Below, piece after piece: positions 1 to 13,844 of a stretch of 64,000 bases of DNA. Source of the DNA: Eledone cirrhosa (Eukaryota). The first letter of the stretch is position 1, and each line of letters opens with the position of its first letter. The stretch spans positions 224,626,001-224,690,000 of the forward strand of contig OZ024742.1 in assembly GCA_964016885.1 (NCBI GenBank). The letters are read 5' to 3'. The translations under genes were made by a program, and so were the position numbers. The notes beneath the pieces were generated by a model. The model saw only the letters and a list, made by a program, of their open reading frames with translations, was not told where the DNA came from and ran no database searches.

Positions 1-161
1 GTAGGAGTGAGAGATAATAAGAAAATAAGAGAGAGGGGGATGAGATAGGGATTTGTTGATTATTTTTGTTAATGGGTTATTTATGTTTTTATATTTTTCT
101 TAATGAATTGTCATTCATAGAACTTATTTCAGGGGTTTCTATAGTAACTGATGCGCTCTCG

Positions 162-248
<87 letters not shown>

Positions 249-331
249 GGTGTGTGTGTGTGTATCTACGTATGTATGTGTGAGTGTATATACATTTGGA
301 TTTATATATATATATATGTATGTATGTGTAG

Positions 332-388
<57 letters not shown>

Positions 389-839
389 AGTGTGTATCTA
401 CGTATATATGTATGTGTGGGTAATTATATATATATGTGTGTATGTGTGTGTGTGTGTTTATGATGGTCTAACCATGCCAATATACATATATCACTCTCTA
501 TGTATATATCAGTATGAATTTATTTATGTATATAATCATATTTATTTATGTATATAATCATATGTATATAATCATATTTATTTATGTATATAATCATATA
601 TATATAATCATATTTATTTATGTATATAATCATATATATATAATCATATACGTATATATGTATATATAATCAATTATATAATCATATACGTATATATAAA
701 TGAAACAATGTTGTTACAGTGGTTGATGATGCTGTTGTGATTTGCCAATGACGACTTTAGGCAACTTTACACCGTGGCACTTTCATTTGGAAAGAATAAT
801 TCTCCTTCGTAAACAAGTATCAGTTATTTTATTATTATT

Positions 840-1407
840 CAAAACACGCCGGAGTTAGCTTTGTCTTTCAGCCTTTCAGGATCAATGAAATAAAGTACCA
901 GTCACACACTGGTGTCGATTTAATCGAATTTCCCCTCTCCCCAAATATCTGGCCTTGTGCTTATAGTAAAAATCATTATTATTAGTGGATTGGCAGTATC
1001 GGTTGAGGGTCGGACGCCATGCTTTCCAGCATAGTTACGTCCCTTTACGATCTGAGTTCAAATCCCGCCGAGGTTGACTTTGCCTTTCATCCTTACGGGG
1101 TCGATAAAATAAAGTACCAGTGATGTACTGGGTAATTGCTGGCCTTGTGCCTAAAGTAGAAACAATTATTATTATTATTTCAAATCCCGCCGAGGTTACC
1201 TTTCCCTTTCATCCTTACGGGTCGATAAAATAAAGTACCAGTAATGTACTGGGTAATTGCTGGCCTTGTGCCTAAAGTAGAAACAATTATTATTATTATT
1301 TCAAATCCCGCCGAGGTTACCTTTCCCTTTCATCCTTACGGGTCGATAAAATAAAGTACCAGTAATGCACTGGGATAATTGGTGGCCTTGTGCCAATAGT
1401 AGAAACA

Positions 1408-1438
<31 letters not shown>
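840..1438 (+). mobile_element. Tandem array of tRNA-derived Nin-domain SINE copies (partial long variant, one near-full copy 985-1178, two 3'-half copies), each ending in (ATT)n
   Basis: A box TGGCAGTATCGG, B box GAGTTCAAATCC, Nin-like core GCCTTTCATCCTTACGGGGTCGATAAAATAAAGTACC, tail GGCCTTGTGCCTAAAGTAGAAACAATTATT. The family recurs more than 10 times in the window. Confidence 0.85.
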
Positions 1439-1439
<1 letters not shown>

Positions 1440-1622
1440 GGTGAAGTATACGTAATATCTAAGAATAAACAAATGAGAAGGCGCTTACTTAGTGTTGTTG
1501 TTGCAGTTGTCGTAATAAACATATCTATATTACTAGGAAAGTGGCAGCAGCGACGGCGATGGAGCTCTGTATTAAACTTTGTCGTATTTGTATTTTCCTA
1601 AAAATAATTCTGCTTGTTAACC

Positions 1623-1669
<47 letters not shown>

Positions 1670-1674
<5 letters not shown>

Positions 1675-2060
1675 CACTGACCAAGAAACTCACTCAGATG
1701 GTGGATGGGTGCTACACGAGAATGCTGAGGATGGCTCTGCTGAACATTAATCAGTATACACTGAGGATGAAAAACTCAGAGTTGTATGGGAGCATCCCAA
1801 AAGTCAGCTCAAAAGTGACACAGAGTAGACTGAGGTTAGCTGGACATGCTCACCGACATCCAGAGTTGACATTGCACTCAGTGCTCCTTTGGGAGCCCCT
1901 ACATGGACACACTAGAAGAGGAAGACCAAGGTTAACGTATGTTGATGCCCTAAGGACAGACACTGGTCTGTTGGAGACGCAGGACATAGCAGCGATAATG
2001 AGGGACAGAGACCGCTGGAGAGAACTCGTCCATGGATCTCGGGAATTTTACCCGCCTTAG
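1670..2060 (+). mobile_element. 5'-truncated RTE-clade LINE, C-terminal ORF fragment, embedded in (TA)n
   Basis: WTLTKKLTQMVDGCYTRMLRMAL...RLRLAGHAHRH...LLWEP..GHTRRGRPRLTYVD...MRDRDRWR matches the typical RTE ORF C-terminus. Confidence 0.8.
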
Positions 2061-2068
2061 ATTATATA

Positions 2069-2136
<68 letters not shown>

Positions 2137-2232
2137 CAATTGTAAGTGAATAAATGCTTTGAACATAGCTTTGATTCTTGTGAATTCTATATAACTGCTC
2201 TGTAGAACAACTGATGTTATTACATTGAGCTA

Positions 2233-2419
2233 GGGCGGTGGATTGGCAGTATCGGTAGAGGGTCGGATGCCATGCTTTCCAGCATAGTTACGTCCCTTTA
2301 CGATCTGAGTTCAAATCCCGCCGAGGTTAACTTTGCCTTTCATCCTTACGAGGTCGATAGAATAAAGTACCAGTAATGCACTGGATAATTGCTGGCCTTG
2401 TGCCTAAAGTAGAAACAAA
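2233..2419 (+). mobile_element. Full-length Nin-type SINE with 15-bp TSD
   Basis: Starts GGGCGGTGGATTGGCAG; TSD TATTACATTGAGCTA at 2218-2232 and 2420-2434. Confidence 0.9.
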
Positions 2420-2556
2420 TATTACATTGAGCTATTTATCTTACTGGTAATAAGGTAGTAATAAATTACTGACCTTCACTGTTTAGGGTTTAAAATATAT
2501 ATAACTATAAAAAGTTTTAGTTTTATATACATAACCATAAATAGTATCCTTAATAT

Positions 2557-2592
<36 letters not shown>

Positions 2593-2634
2593 TATGCGTG
2601 TGTAGGTGATATATATATATATTAATATTTATAT

Positions 2635-2726
<92 letters not shown>

Positions 2727-2810
2727 TATATATGTATATATATATATATATTAAGTCCAGAATTAGCCGTCGAAACGGCTTGAGCTCAGCTGTCGGGGTC
2801 TTACTGGTTC

Positions 2811-2852
<42 letters not shown>

Positions 2853-2940
2853 TGCTAGGGAAAGGATCAGGGGTGTATAACACTCCACTTATCCAGCAGG
2901 CAGTATGAGGTTAGCTCAATGTCTGAGGACAGAGCCGTAA

Positions 2941-3056
2941 TATAATAAATAAATAACAAAGAACGCTTATAGCATATGCATATCTTTATAGTGTGGATGA
3001 AACAATGTTAGTAAGTAAAGATATGCATATGCTATAAGCGTTCTTTGTTATTTATT

Positions 3057-3063
<7 letters not shown>
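2941..3063. repeat. Inverted repeat (48-bp arms, 27-bp spacer), probable PLE terminal relic
   Basis: TATAATAAATAAATAACAAAGAACGCTTATAGCATATGCATATCTTTA and its reverse complement. Confidence 0.8.
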
Positions 3064-3100
<37 letters not shown>

Positions 3101-3159
3101 CAAGGGTCTGATACCATCAACACTATAAACACAGAGCTGGCATATCTAAGAACTGACTA

Positions 3160-3215
3160 ACTGCCTGATGAGGTCATAGCCATTCAATGGCTATCATCGA
3201 AATATATATAGTAGT
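3160..3215 (+). ncRNA. Type I hammerhead ribozyme (minimal, PLE type)
   Basis: Stem I ACTGC/GTAGT; CTGATGA 3165-3171; stem II GGT-C-ATAGCCAT/ATGGCTAT-C-ATC; GAAA 3199; palindromic TATATA stem III; AUA cleavage triplet; AATAAA just downstream. Confidence 0.75.
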
Positions 3216-3286
3216 AAATAAAGGATTATGAGTTCATGCAATTGACTTGTTTCGTCACTATATATATATATATATACATATATATA

Positions 3287-3426
<140 letters not shown>

Positions 3427-3531
3427 GAGATATGCGTGTGTGGGTGATATATATATACATTAATATTTATTTATATATATATATATATATTAATATATAT
3501 ATATATATATATATTAATATATATATATATA

Positions 3532-3622
3532 TTCTTTTATTCTTCTACTGGTTTGGTTTCAGTTATTAAACTGTGGCCATGCTGGGGCACGGCCTTTAAG
3601 GGATTTAGTCGATCATATCGCC
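3532..3622 (-). mobile_element. SINE 3' fragment carrying a CR1-LINE-like tail
   Basis: Minus strand GCCCCAGCATGGCCACAG..TGAAAC..AGTAGAAGAATAAAAGAAT resembles the CR1 tails at 19020-19075 and 21285-21370. Confidence 0.55.
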
Positions 3623-3811
3623 CTCCGTTGATGTGGTGTTTCGATGAAGTTTAGATTTGAATCTTTACTTCTTTCGTCCTCCGTTTCCGCTCAGAACATG
3701 CGCAACTCTGTACATAGATGGCACCAGTTTCCTTTCAGTATTCAGTAAGTGTAGCCTCTTAAGCTTATTATATATGACTTACAGACTTCCTCCTTTTACT
3801 CTCTACTATGA

Positions 3812-4985
3812 TATGGCTGGCTGTTTGTCTGGCTGGTCGCCTGGATGAAGGATGGATGGTTGGCTGACAGGGTTTACTGACTGGCTGGTTGCCTGGATGA
3901 GGGATGGATGGTTGGCTGACAGGGGATACTGTCTGGCTGGTTGGCTGGCTGGCTGCCTGGATGAGGGATGGATGGTTGGCTGACAGGGGATACTGTCTGG
4001 CTGGTTGCCTGGATAAAGGATGGATGGTTGGCTGACAGGGGATACTGTCTGGCTGGTTGGCTGGCTGGCTGCCTGGATGAAGGATGGATGGTTGGCTGAC
4101 AGGGTTTACTGACTGGCTGGTTGCCTGGATGAGGGATGGATGGTTGGCTGACAGGGGATACTGTCTGGCTGGTTGCCTGGATGAGGGATGGATGGTTGGC
4201 TGACAGGGGATACTGTCTGGCTGGTTGCCTGGATGAGGGATGGATGGTTGGCTGACAGGGAATACTGACTGGCTGGTTGGCTGGCTGGCTGCCTGGATGA
4301 GGGATGGATGCTTGGCTGACAGGGGATACTGTCTGGCTAGTTGGCTGGCTGGTTGCCTGGATGAAGGATGGATGGTTGGCTGACAGGGGATACTGACTGG
4401 CTGGTTGCCTGGATGAGGGATGGATGGTTGGCTGACAGGAAATACTGTCTGGCTGGTTGGCTGGCTGGCTGTCTGGATGAGGGATGGATGGTTGGCTGAC
4501 AGGAAATACTGTCTGGCTGGTTGGCTGGCTGGCTGCCTGGATGAGGGATGGATGGTTGGCTGACAGGGAATACTGACTGGCTGGTTGGCTGGCTGGCTGC
4601 CTGGATGAGGGATGGATGGTTGGCTGACAGGGAATACTGACTGGCTGGTTGGCTGGCTGGCTGCCTGGATGAGGGATGGATGGTTGGCTGACAGGGAATA
4701 CTGACTGGCTGGTTGGCTGGCTGGTTGCCTGGATGAGGGATGGATGGTTGGCTGACAGGGAATACTGACTGGTTGGTTGGCTGGCTGGTTGCCTGGATGA
4801 GGGATGGATGGTTGGCTGACAGGGAATACTGACTGGCTGGTTGGCTGGCTGGTTGCCTGGATGAGGGATGGATGGTTGGCTGACAGGGAATACTGACTGG
4901 CTGGTTGGCTGGCTGGTTGCCTGGATGAGGGATGGATGGTTGGCTGACAGGGAATACTGACTGGCTGGTTGGCTGGCTGGCTGCT
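3812..4985. repeat. Minisatellite, about 19 units of 64 bp or 52 bp built from TGGC/TGGA tetramers
   Basis: The GACAG anchor recurs at 3866, 3918, 3982 ... 4946 with spacings of 52 or 64. The P/Q/S ORFs here are artefacts. Confidence 0.95.
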
Positions 4986-5024
4986 GAATTACCTGGTTCA
5001 CTCACGCACAGGCTCATCTCAAAT

Positions 5025-5087
<63 letters not shown>

Positions 5088-5218
5088 ATCTATCTATCTA
5101 TCTCTATCCCCCCTCTTTCTCTCTCTCTCTTCTCCCCCCCCCTCTCTCACGTGCATATGGTAGTGTTGTTCCTGTTGTTGTGGTGGTTGTTGTTGTTGCT
5201 GCAGTTCTTATTTTTGAT

Positions 5219-5255
<37 letters not shown>

Positions 5256-5552
5256 CTATCTCTATCTCTACCCCCCCCCCGCTATCTCCCCCCCTCTCTC
5301 TCTCTCACGTGTATATGGTAGTGTTGTTCCTGTTGTTGTGGTGGTTGTTGTTGCTGCAGCTCTTATTTTTGATGTTATTGTTGATATTACTATAACTACT
5401 ACTTATGATGAGGCTGAGGAAGATAGTAGAGAGAGAAAGAGAGAGAGGGAGAGAGAGGGGGAGAGAGAGACTTATATTGTAATTGGTAGTATAGAGAAAC
5501 AAAATATTTTTGAATGGATACATATGAATGGATACACGTATGTGTGTGTGTG

Positions 5553-5591
<39 letters not shown>

Positions 5592-5626
5592 CTAGTACTG
5601 TTTCATTCTGATGAAATCTTCAGGAA

Positions 5627-5675
5627 GCTTCCTGAAGATTTCATCTGAATGAAACAGTACTAGTCCTGTAGAAGC
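5627..5675 (+). ncRNA. Type I hammerhead ribozyme inside a 74-bp palindrome
   Basis: Stem I GCTTC/GAAGC; CTGAAGA; U.U + TTC/GAA stem II; GAAA 5651; stem III ACAG/CTGT with ACTAGT loop; GUA cleavage after 5670. Confidence 0.75.
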
Positions 5676-5762
5676 TCCTTCTATAAAATAAAAAAATTTT
5701 ACTCTGCCATGTATTGAGTACCTTACTTACTGTGGTTATCCCCGACTCAACCCGGGACCTAC

Positions 5763-5890
<128 letters not shown>

Positions 5891-5948
5891 TCATACACTC
5901 ACGCATATAAATATATATACATATTTATACTCACACATACACACACAC

Positions 5949-5999
<51 letters not shown>

Positions 6000-6030
6000 T
6001 GTGTGTGTGTACATATATATATATACATAT

Positions 6031-6075
<45 letters not shown>

Positions 6076-6116
6076 TATCTATACATATATATATATACAT
6101 ATACACACATATATAT

Positions 6117-6169
<53 letters not shown>

Positions 6170-6170
6170 T

Positions 6171-6257
<87 letters not shown>

Positions 6258-6264
6258 TACATAT

Positions 6265-6295
<31 letters not shown>

Positions 6296-6628
6296 CATAT
6301 ACATTTACATAAGCGTTCGTTTTATAGGTTTGGGTAGTAAACACGATAAATGAAGAACTCATATACTGTATAAGTAGACAATAAAATATTTGCTATTAAC
6401 ATTGATTGTTTATTTCAAAGTTTCGCCGAACTTGCCTCTTTCAAACAGTGTTAAAAAGTCGGTAACCTCGGCAAAACTTTGAAGTAACAGCCACGTTCTA
6501 TTAATAATGTACATTCTGAGATGTATGGTGTGTTTCTGGTACTTTATGGTACTTTTTTTAATTATTATTATTGTTTGTTTTTAGATATTTTAATTATAGC
6601 GGGGGTCGAATATTTAGGTAAATGAAGC

Positions 6629-6659
<31 letters not shown>

Positions 6660-6749
6660 AAGGATATACATACATACACACACACACACATATGTATGTA
6701 TATACACACACACACATACACACACACACACACATTTATATATATATAT

Positions 6750-7500
6750 TCAGCGACCTTCGGCCATGACCCACTCACTCAATGAGACAATAAACTTGCG
6801 ATTGGGAAACTGAATCCTAAGGTTGAGAGTGCACACATTATAATTATTCAGGGAGTACTATGGCAACGTTTTCGTAAAGATATCTCACTTATCCTTATTC
6901 CGCCTACTACAGTTATTAAAACTGCAGTATGCAGAGAATTGCGTATTATTAGCAGACATTACGTAATCGGGTTATTACATTTCATCAGCAGGACATGCCC
7001 ATACTCGACACCTAGGTTCTAAGGTATGCACAGTTGCATGTACTGCCGGTTTCCCAAATCTACCAGTTCTATGCCTTCGTGACACGTGACCACAGTGTGA
7101 GAAAAACACGATATGGTGGGTAAATTCAAAAAGTGGAATTCACGCCAATATAAAACTCAACCATTAACATACATACATATATATACACATACTAACATAT
7201 ACATATATACATATATATGCACGCATGTAAGGGCTGCTTTGCAATATAAAGTTTAACAGTCAACATTCAATATATAAACAATACCCAAAAATATAACCTT
7301 GTAGAGGAGGGAACTCAGTCGAAGCTGGGAGTAAATAATATTCAGTTTACGCAAGTGGCCGAAGTTATTTCAAAGACCTCCGGCCATAACCCACTCACTC
7401 AAGGTTGCGGTTGTGAAACTGCATCCTAAGGTTCAGAATGCACATATTGTAGTTATTCAATGAGTACTATGGCAGTATTTTGGTAAAACACCTCAAACGA
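6750..7500 (+). repeat. Two diverged copies of a ~140-bp repeat (6750-6890, 7370-7500)
   Basis: Shared CGGCCAT.ACCCACTCACTCAA...ATCCTAAGGTT...GAGTACTATGGCA. Confidence 0.7.
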
Positions 7501-7534
7501 AACAAGGTATTATGAAAATTGAGCACCCCTGACT

Positions 7535-8050
7535 TCAATTACAAAAGCGATAGACAGCATGATAGGCCTTGATTATTGGGGTCGACTAGAAAAACTTCAA
7601 CTCTACTCTTCCCAACGCTGTCGTAGGCACTACACCATTTGTATATTCAATCAACATTGTCCAAATGATGTTGGCATCAACTTTAATATCAACACAAGGC
7701 TCGGTCACCGTGTTATCCGCCCACTAAAAAAATCGACCTTGCAATACATAACAATATTATGACACAACAATTTCACCTCAATTGATCCTGCTCTCTTTAA
7801 TATTATACAATAATACATCAAGACAGAACAAAGATCACATAAAATTTATAACGTCCCTGGACAACTTCTTCCAAGAAATTCCGGATAAATTCCTAACACA
7901 TGGATATGTCTTTCGAAATAATAATTGTCTACTGAAGAGGACCATGGTGTCCAAAGAATAACTGAGGTGTGAATCATGATCTAGATGACTTCGGCAGGTG
8001 GTGCTATTAAGTTAAACATGGCCTGGACTAATACTAACCGAAAATTATCT
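7535..8050 (+). mobile_element. Degenerate CR1-clade LINE 3' fragment
   Basis: LDYWGRLEKLQLYSSQRCRRHY resembles the CR1 motif YWERLK.L.LYSLERRRERY, also seen at ~61085; stops and frameshifts follow. Confidence 0.65.
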
Positions 8051-8071
8051 AAGATATATACATAGGTATGA

Positions 8072-8157
<86 letters not shown>

Positions 8158-8215
8158 CAAGATATTAATAAATGAATACGTTCACATAATCAAAATATAT
8201 GTTTTATTATATATA

Positions 8216-9793
8216 CTAGTAGCTGAGCCCGGTTGCACCCGGGGCCACTTTTTATTAAGTTAATAATTTGAAAAATATTATTGAAAGTTTATTATAAAGA
8301 AGCAGTATCAGGAAAAAAATAGAGATATGCACTTGGGGCTGGACGGCGTCCAATGAGAAGTGGAGCGACGTGAAAAGCGTTGAGAGACGTTGAGTGGCGA
8401 CGGAAGAGGAATGGCGGAAGCTTCAAAGGTGTTGTTGCAGTGCTTTTTGTAGACAACGTTCCTTGTATTACCCGGAATACCACAAATGTAGAGATTGTGT
8501 GGACTGCTGACGCGTGAGCACCCGACGTATAGTTGACCTGTGTCAGATTTAGGCCAACTACTTGCAGCGACTGTTCCTGTGCCTTGTTGATACTCATTGC
8601 AAAGCAGAGTTTTACGGGAAACTGCCGTCTCGTAAAATCAAATGGGACGTCAGAAGGACTAAGGCTTATGGGGGATAATAACTTTGTCCCGCCAGCAGTG
8701 GTGGTTCCACATTTCTTAGCAGCATAACTGGAACACCAACCTTCAGTCTAAGGTCATGAAGTGGAAGTCCGGGAGGTTGTTGACTGTTGAGGAATTCAAT
8801 CGGATAGTATTAGAACAGGGGATTCGCAATGTAAGGGTTTTATTTCTTTTGTTAGAAAACAGTGACCTTTTTCGGTTTGGCATTTCGTAAAATTCTACTG
8901 CAGAATCGATTTCATAAAACGGTACTGTATGATCGTTATAGAAATATTTAAATTTAATATAGAGCAACTGTAAATGAAAAATGAAAATGAAACGTACTGT
9001 AAAAGGCAACAGTTTATTAACAGCGAAAAAACGTTGTCTTTGATATGTTATTTTAAATAAGACAATGAATATTAAATAAAAAACTTAATTAATTAACTCG
9101 GCAACCAAAGGGCTTATAGATCCCATTCATTAAGTTTACAATGAATATTAAAAAAACCCTGAATGAATTAACTCGGTAACCCAAAGGCTTATAGATCCCA
9201 TTCATTCATTTTGCATGCATGTATTCTTTAAACTTTTCATTTGACTTTGAAAAATACTACTTACTGATAGTGGGGGTTAACATGTATTAGAATTAAAAAA
9301 TGATATCGGGAAAAAAAGTACCTGAGAACACACCTCCCTTCTTCGCAATTTAAGGGTTTTATTTCTTTTGATGGAAAACAGTGACCGTTTTCGGTTTGGC
9401 ATTTCGTAAAATGGTACTGCAGAATCGATTTCATAAAACGGTACTGTATGTTAACAGCGAAAGAACGTTGTGTTTGATATGTTATGAAAAAATTGATGAG
9501 TTTAAAAATTTGTATGAAATTGTAAATAAGACAATGAATATTGAAAGCGACTACGGAAAATAACTCATCCAAGTATTAGAACAGGGGGAAATAACTCACT
9601 GAAAGCGATAGACCGTTTTGGGGCCCTAGGGACCACAGTTTTCAAGTTAGAGATTTGAAACCTCGTCTATTTGCTTCCTTGGCACTTTTTACATAGGTGT
9701 GTAAATTTTCATGTCCGTCCGACCAGGTCTACTACCATTTAACCGTGCACAACTGAATTTCAACCACCACCCATTTCACAAATATATATTAGA
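8216..9793 (-). mobile_element. Internally deleted Helitron with RepHel PIF1-helicase fragment
   Basis: 5' TCTAATATATA at 9793; 3' hairpin CCCGGGTGCAACCGGG followed by CTAG at 8219-8216; inserted between A and T with no TSD. Minus-strand peptide SPSDVPFDFTRRQFPVKLCFAMSINKAQEQSLQVVGLNL (~8540-8665) is a PIF1 helicase motif. Confidence 0.9.
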
Positions 9794-9944
9794 TTTAGGA
9801 GGTACTGTGCTGTTTTTTCAGTACGCCCTCATCAGATAAAATGTATGAATTGATGTATGACATACCTCAAATATCTTGATGGTTCAATTCCACTGGAATT
9901 GAACCATCAAGACAGTTGATGTATGTCATACATCAATTCATGTA

Positions 9945-10006
9945 TTTTATCTGATGAGGGCGTACTGAAAAAACAACACAGTACCTCCGAAATATATATA
10001 ATAAAA
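9945..10006 (+). ncRNA. Type I hammerhead ribozyme
   Basis: TTTTAT/ATAAAA stem I; CTGATGA 9951; GGG-C-GTACTG/CAGTAC-C-TCC; GAAA 9989; TATATA; AUA. An inverted copy at 8202-8215 plus 9794-9840 is split by the Helitron. Confidence 0.8.
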
Positions 10007-10169
10007 CATGTATTTTGATTATGTGAACGTATTCATTTATTAATATTTTGAATAATATTACTAACTCTAGAAAACTTCGTTGTAGAGTGCTTTTAATCTA
10101 TTGTAAAACTATATTCATTAAGTAATCAATGAATTATATTAATATGTCAGGGCATGTAATGCATCATCT

Positions 10170-10236
10170 TATTTTATCTGATGAGGACGTACTGTTGAAG
10201 TTAGCTCAGTACTTCAGAAATATGTTTAATAAAATA
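10170..10236 (+). ncRNA. Hammerhead ribozyme, tandem diverged copy
   Basis: TATTTTAT-CTGATGA-GGACGTACTG...CAGTACTTCA-GAAA-TATGTTTA-ATAAAATA. Confidence 0.65.
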
Positions 10237-10376
10237 TACTTGATCACAAGAAGTTCTATTTTTGTTAATATTTTGAATTAATATTAATAACTCTGGAAAA
10301 CCATTTTTCTGTTGAGTGCTTCCAATCTATTGTAAAACTCATTCTTTAATTTATTCATTGAACCTTGTTTAACCTT

Positions 10377-10424
<48 letters not shown>

Positions 10425-10674
10425 TACCTATATATATATATATTTTCTTTTTTATATCTCTCCCTTTTTTTCTCTCCCTTGTTCTTCTCTCTCTCTCTCT
10501 TTTTCTCCGTAACCCAACGGCTTATTTAAATCTACTGTGATTTAAAAATATCCAATACATACTTACCTAATAATATAATTAAATTTATAACCCCACAATC
10601 CGGGAGCTTCCAACAGTAATGGTCGCATTCTTTAAGGGTATGTCAATATTTATTTATAAAACTGATCTATATTA

Positions 10675-10739
10675 TATTTTATCTGATGAAAGCACACCAT
10701 AATTTAACTTGGTGTCCTTGAAATATGTATAATGAAATA
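10675..10739 (+). ncRNA. Hammerhead ribozyme
   Basis: TATTTTAT-CTGATGA-AAG-C-ACACCA...TGGTGT-C-CTT-GAAA-TATGTATA-ATGAAATA. Confidence 0.75.
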
Positions 10740-10921
10740 AATATAGTTTCCATTTGTTCATATCGTATTTTTACTCCAATTATTTGTTGAGTGCTTTATA
10801 TCAGTTATAAAAATATTTGGTTGTTGTATCCCAACAATTTAAATAGAACTTCTACATATATATATATATATTCATCTAGCTGTCGAAACGGCCGGAGCTC
10901 AGCCGTCGGGGTCCTGAATCT

Positions 10922-10987
<66 letters not shown>

Positions 10988-10991
<4 letters not shown>

Positions 10992-11460
10992 GTAAGTATA
11001 TATGTATGTATACGTACATACATATATGTATACAGACGTACAGTAGTATGTATATATACACATACATGCACACATATATATATGCACGTATCGGTTTATC
11101 GGTTTGTTTGTTTGTAAACAAACAAACAGCCCGAATTACGCCGTAGAGTGTTTAGGCAACCACGTCACCTTTTTGTTCAACACTGACACAGGAACGATGT
11201 CCCAGTTTCAAGCTTATTAGCTATCGTCAGCATCGTATACCTTCCTGCCACATGGTTGAACGTCTGAAAGTATATACTTTATAATAAATGTTCGGTAAAC
11301 CGATACGTGCATATATATATGTGTGCATGTATGTATATATATACATACTACTGTACGTCTGTATACATATATGTATGTACGTATACATACATACATACAT
11401 ACTTACATTTAAGTAACTGCCGTACTAAGAGTGAGAAATGAAATTTCGTTTCATTCTATT

Positions 11461-11463
<3 letters not shown>
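10988..11463. repeat. Inverted-repeat cassette with a degenerate minus-strand hammerhead (11178-11240); the same family lies in opposite orientation at 12870-13215
   Basis: About 110-bp arms (10988-11100 and 11293-11410). Minus strand CTGACGA-TAGCTAATAAGCTT-GAAA-CTGGGAC..GTTCCTGTGTC; stem I is poor. Confidence 0.6.
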
Positions 11464-11530
<67 letters not shown>

Positions 11531-11598
11531 TTATAAATATGTATTACATACGCACACACACATATATATATATATACATATACATTTATATGTATATC

Positions 11599-11651
<53 letters not shown>

Positions 11652-11795
11652 CATCCATATCGCTCTCTCTTTCTCTCTTTCTCTCTTTCTCTCTTTCTCT
11701 CTTTCTCTCTTTCTCTCTTTCTCTCTTTCTCTGTCTCCCTCTTTCTTTCTATCTCTCTCTCTATCTATCTCTCTCTCTATATATATATGCATATA

Positions 11796-11859
<64 letters not shown>

Positions 11860-11940
11860 TACATATATATATATAGAGAGATAGAGAGAGAGATAGAAAG
11901 AGAGAGGGAGACATATATATATATAGAGAGAGCGAAATAA

Positions 11941-11975
<35 letters not shown>

Positions 11976-12198
11976 TTATGATACAAGACTGGGAAGGCCA
12001 TGAATGAGGAAATCAGAGTAGTACTCGATTCAATGTATACTGAAGTGGTGGAAGCCTAACGGCTAGACATGTTTCAATTTGTTTTCCACCACTATTTTCA
12101 AGTCTAATCATCATTCTACCTTTTCAATAAATTCATTAGTACAATACATTCTATTATTAATTGGTTTAACACAGACATGTGTTGTTGGTGTTGTTGCA

Positions 12199-12241
<43 letters not shown>

Positions 12242-12426
12242 ATGGTGATGATGCTGTTTTCATCTAATTCCTCTAAATTTCATGCCAGCTCGCACACAAT
12301 CATATACACACATACATACACATATACATATATAAGTATATGCATACGTACACGCATACCTGCAAACACGTACATCATACATGTATACATGGTTCCATAC
12401 ACACACATACGCACGCACGCACACAC

Positions 12427-12482
<56 letters not shown>

Positions 12483-12609
12483 CTATATATATATATTAAT
12501 TAAAAGTTATTTGTCTCTAATACTTAGACGACATCTCAATGAATGGATAATATACAGATAAAATATCACTCAGAGAAGCAATTTTACATATTAAAATTAT
12601 ACCATAATT

Positions 12610-12640
<31 letters not shown>

Positions 12641-13211
12641 TCAGTACATCAATGGCAAATAACCTTCTGTTTGATATATTTATACATTTTTGAGACAACT
12701 CGACCATATATATATGTTTCAGAAGATCCCGTTAAGGGTGAAAGCAGCGATTCTTTGCTTAAACTTTAATCTGTTATTTTAATAAATATTTGCTCTACGG
12801 TTCATATTTATTTGATATATATTTATCCTCTTCAAATATATTATTATTACTATATATATATATATATAAACGGAAAAAATGAAACGAAATTTCATTTCCC
12901 ACTCTTAGTACGGCCGTTACTTAAATATAAGTATGTACACGTACATACATATATGTATACAGACGTACAGTAGTATGTATATATATATACATACATGCAC
13001 ACATATATATATGTACGTATGGATTCACCGAAAATTTATTATAATGCTCGGTGTGTTTGTAAACAAACATCCCGAATTAAGCCGTATAAGCATTATAATA
13101 AATGTTCGGTGAATCCATACGTACATATATATATATGTGTGCATGTATGTATATATATATTTATACATACTACTGTACGTCTGTATACATATATGTATGT
13201 ACGTGTACATA

Positions 13212-13252
<41 letters not shown>

Positions 13253-13280
13253 AGTACATCGATGGCAAATAACCTCTGTT

Positions 13281-13316
<36 letters not shown>

Positions 13317-13324
13317 AACAGAGG

Positions 13325-13360
<36 letters not shown>

Positions 13361-13494
13361 GTTATACTTGGGGAGGGTCATATTTGTGTCATATTATATA
13401 TATATATATATATAAAGGAACGATCGACTTTCGTCAAATCGGACCGAGGGAACAATGTTTCCGTTGGTCTTTCCAATTGCTAATACTATCTATC

Positions 13495-13633
13495 GGTCGC
13501 AACTCCAGGTAGAAGGAGCAACGTGAAATAAAGTGTCTTGCTCAAGGACATAACGCATCACCTGGTCCAGGAATCGAACTCACAACCTTACGATTGCGAA
13601 TCCAATTCTCTAACCACTCAGCCACACGCCTTC
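13495..13633 (-). mobile_element. tRNA-derived CORE-like SINE (5' part)
   Basis: Minus strand GAAGGCGTGTGGCTGAGTGGTTAG (A box)...GAGTTCGATTCC (B box)...GTCCTTGAGCAAGACACTT (CORE-like). Confidence 0.75.
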
Positions 13634-13634
13634 A

Positions 13635-13672
<38 letters not shown>

Positions 13673-13746
13673 GGTCGAGTTGTCTCAGAAAGGCTGTGCA
13701 GCCGATTTTTAATAAGCGGAAACAGCGAAATGGATTTCATTGACAA

Positions 13747-13794
<48 letters not shown>

Positions 13795-13795
13795 G

Positions 13796-13844
<49 letters not shown>

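Noticed and set aside
985-1070. tRNA genes at SINE heads
   Set aside because: A and B boxes are present, but there is no full cloverleaf and they always continue into the SINE body.
3840-4935. Repeated CTGGATGAG resembling a hammerhead core, or a CRISPR-like array
   Set aside because: There is an extra G in the core and no GAAA or stems. There are no unique spacers or cas genes, and the context is eukaryotic.
3874-5017. 375-aa and 226-aa P/Q/S-rich ORFs
   Set aside because: They are minisatellite translations; unit lengths of 52 and 64 are not multiples of 3, so the peptide cycles through frames.
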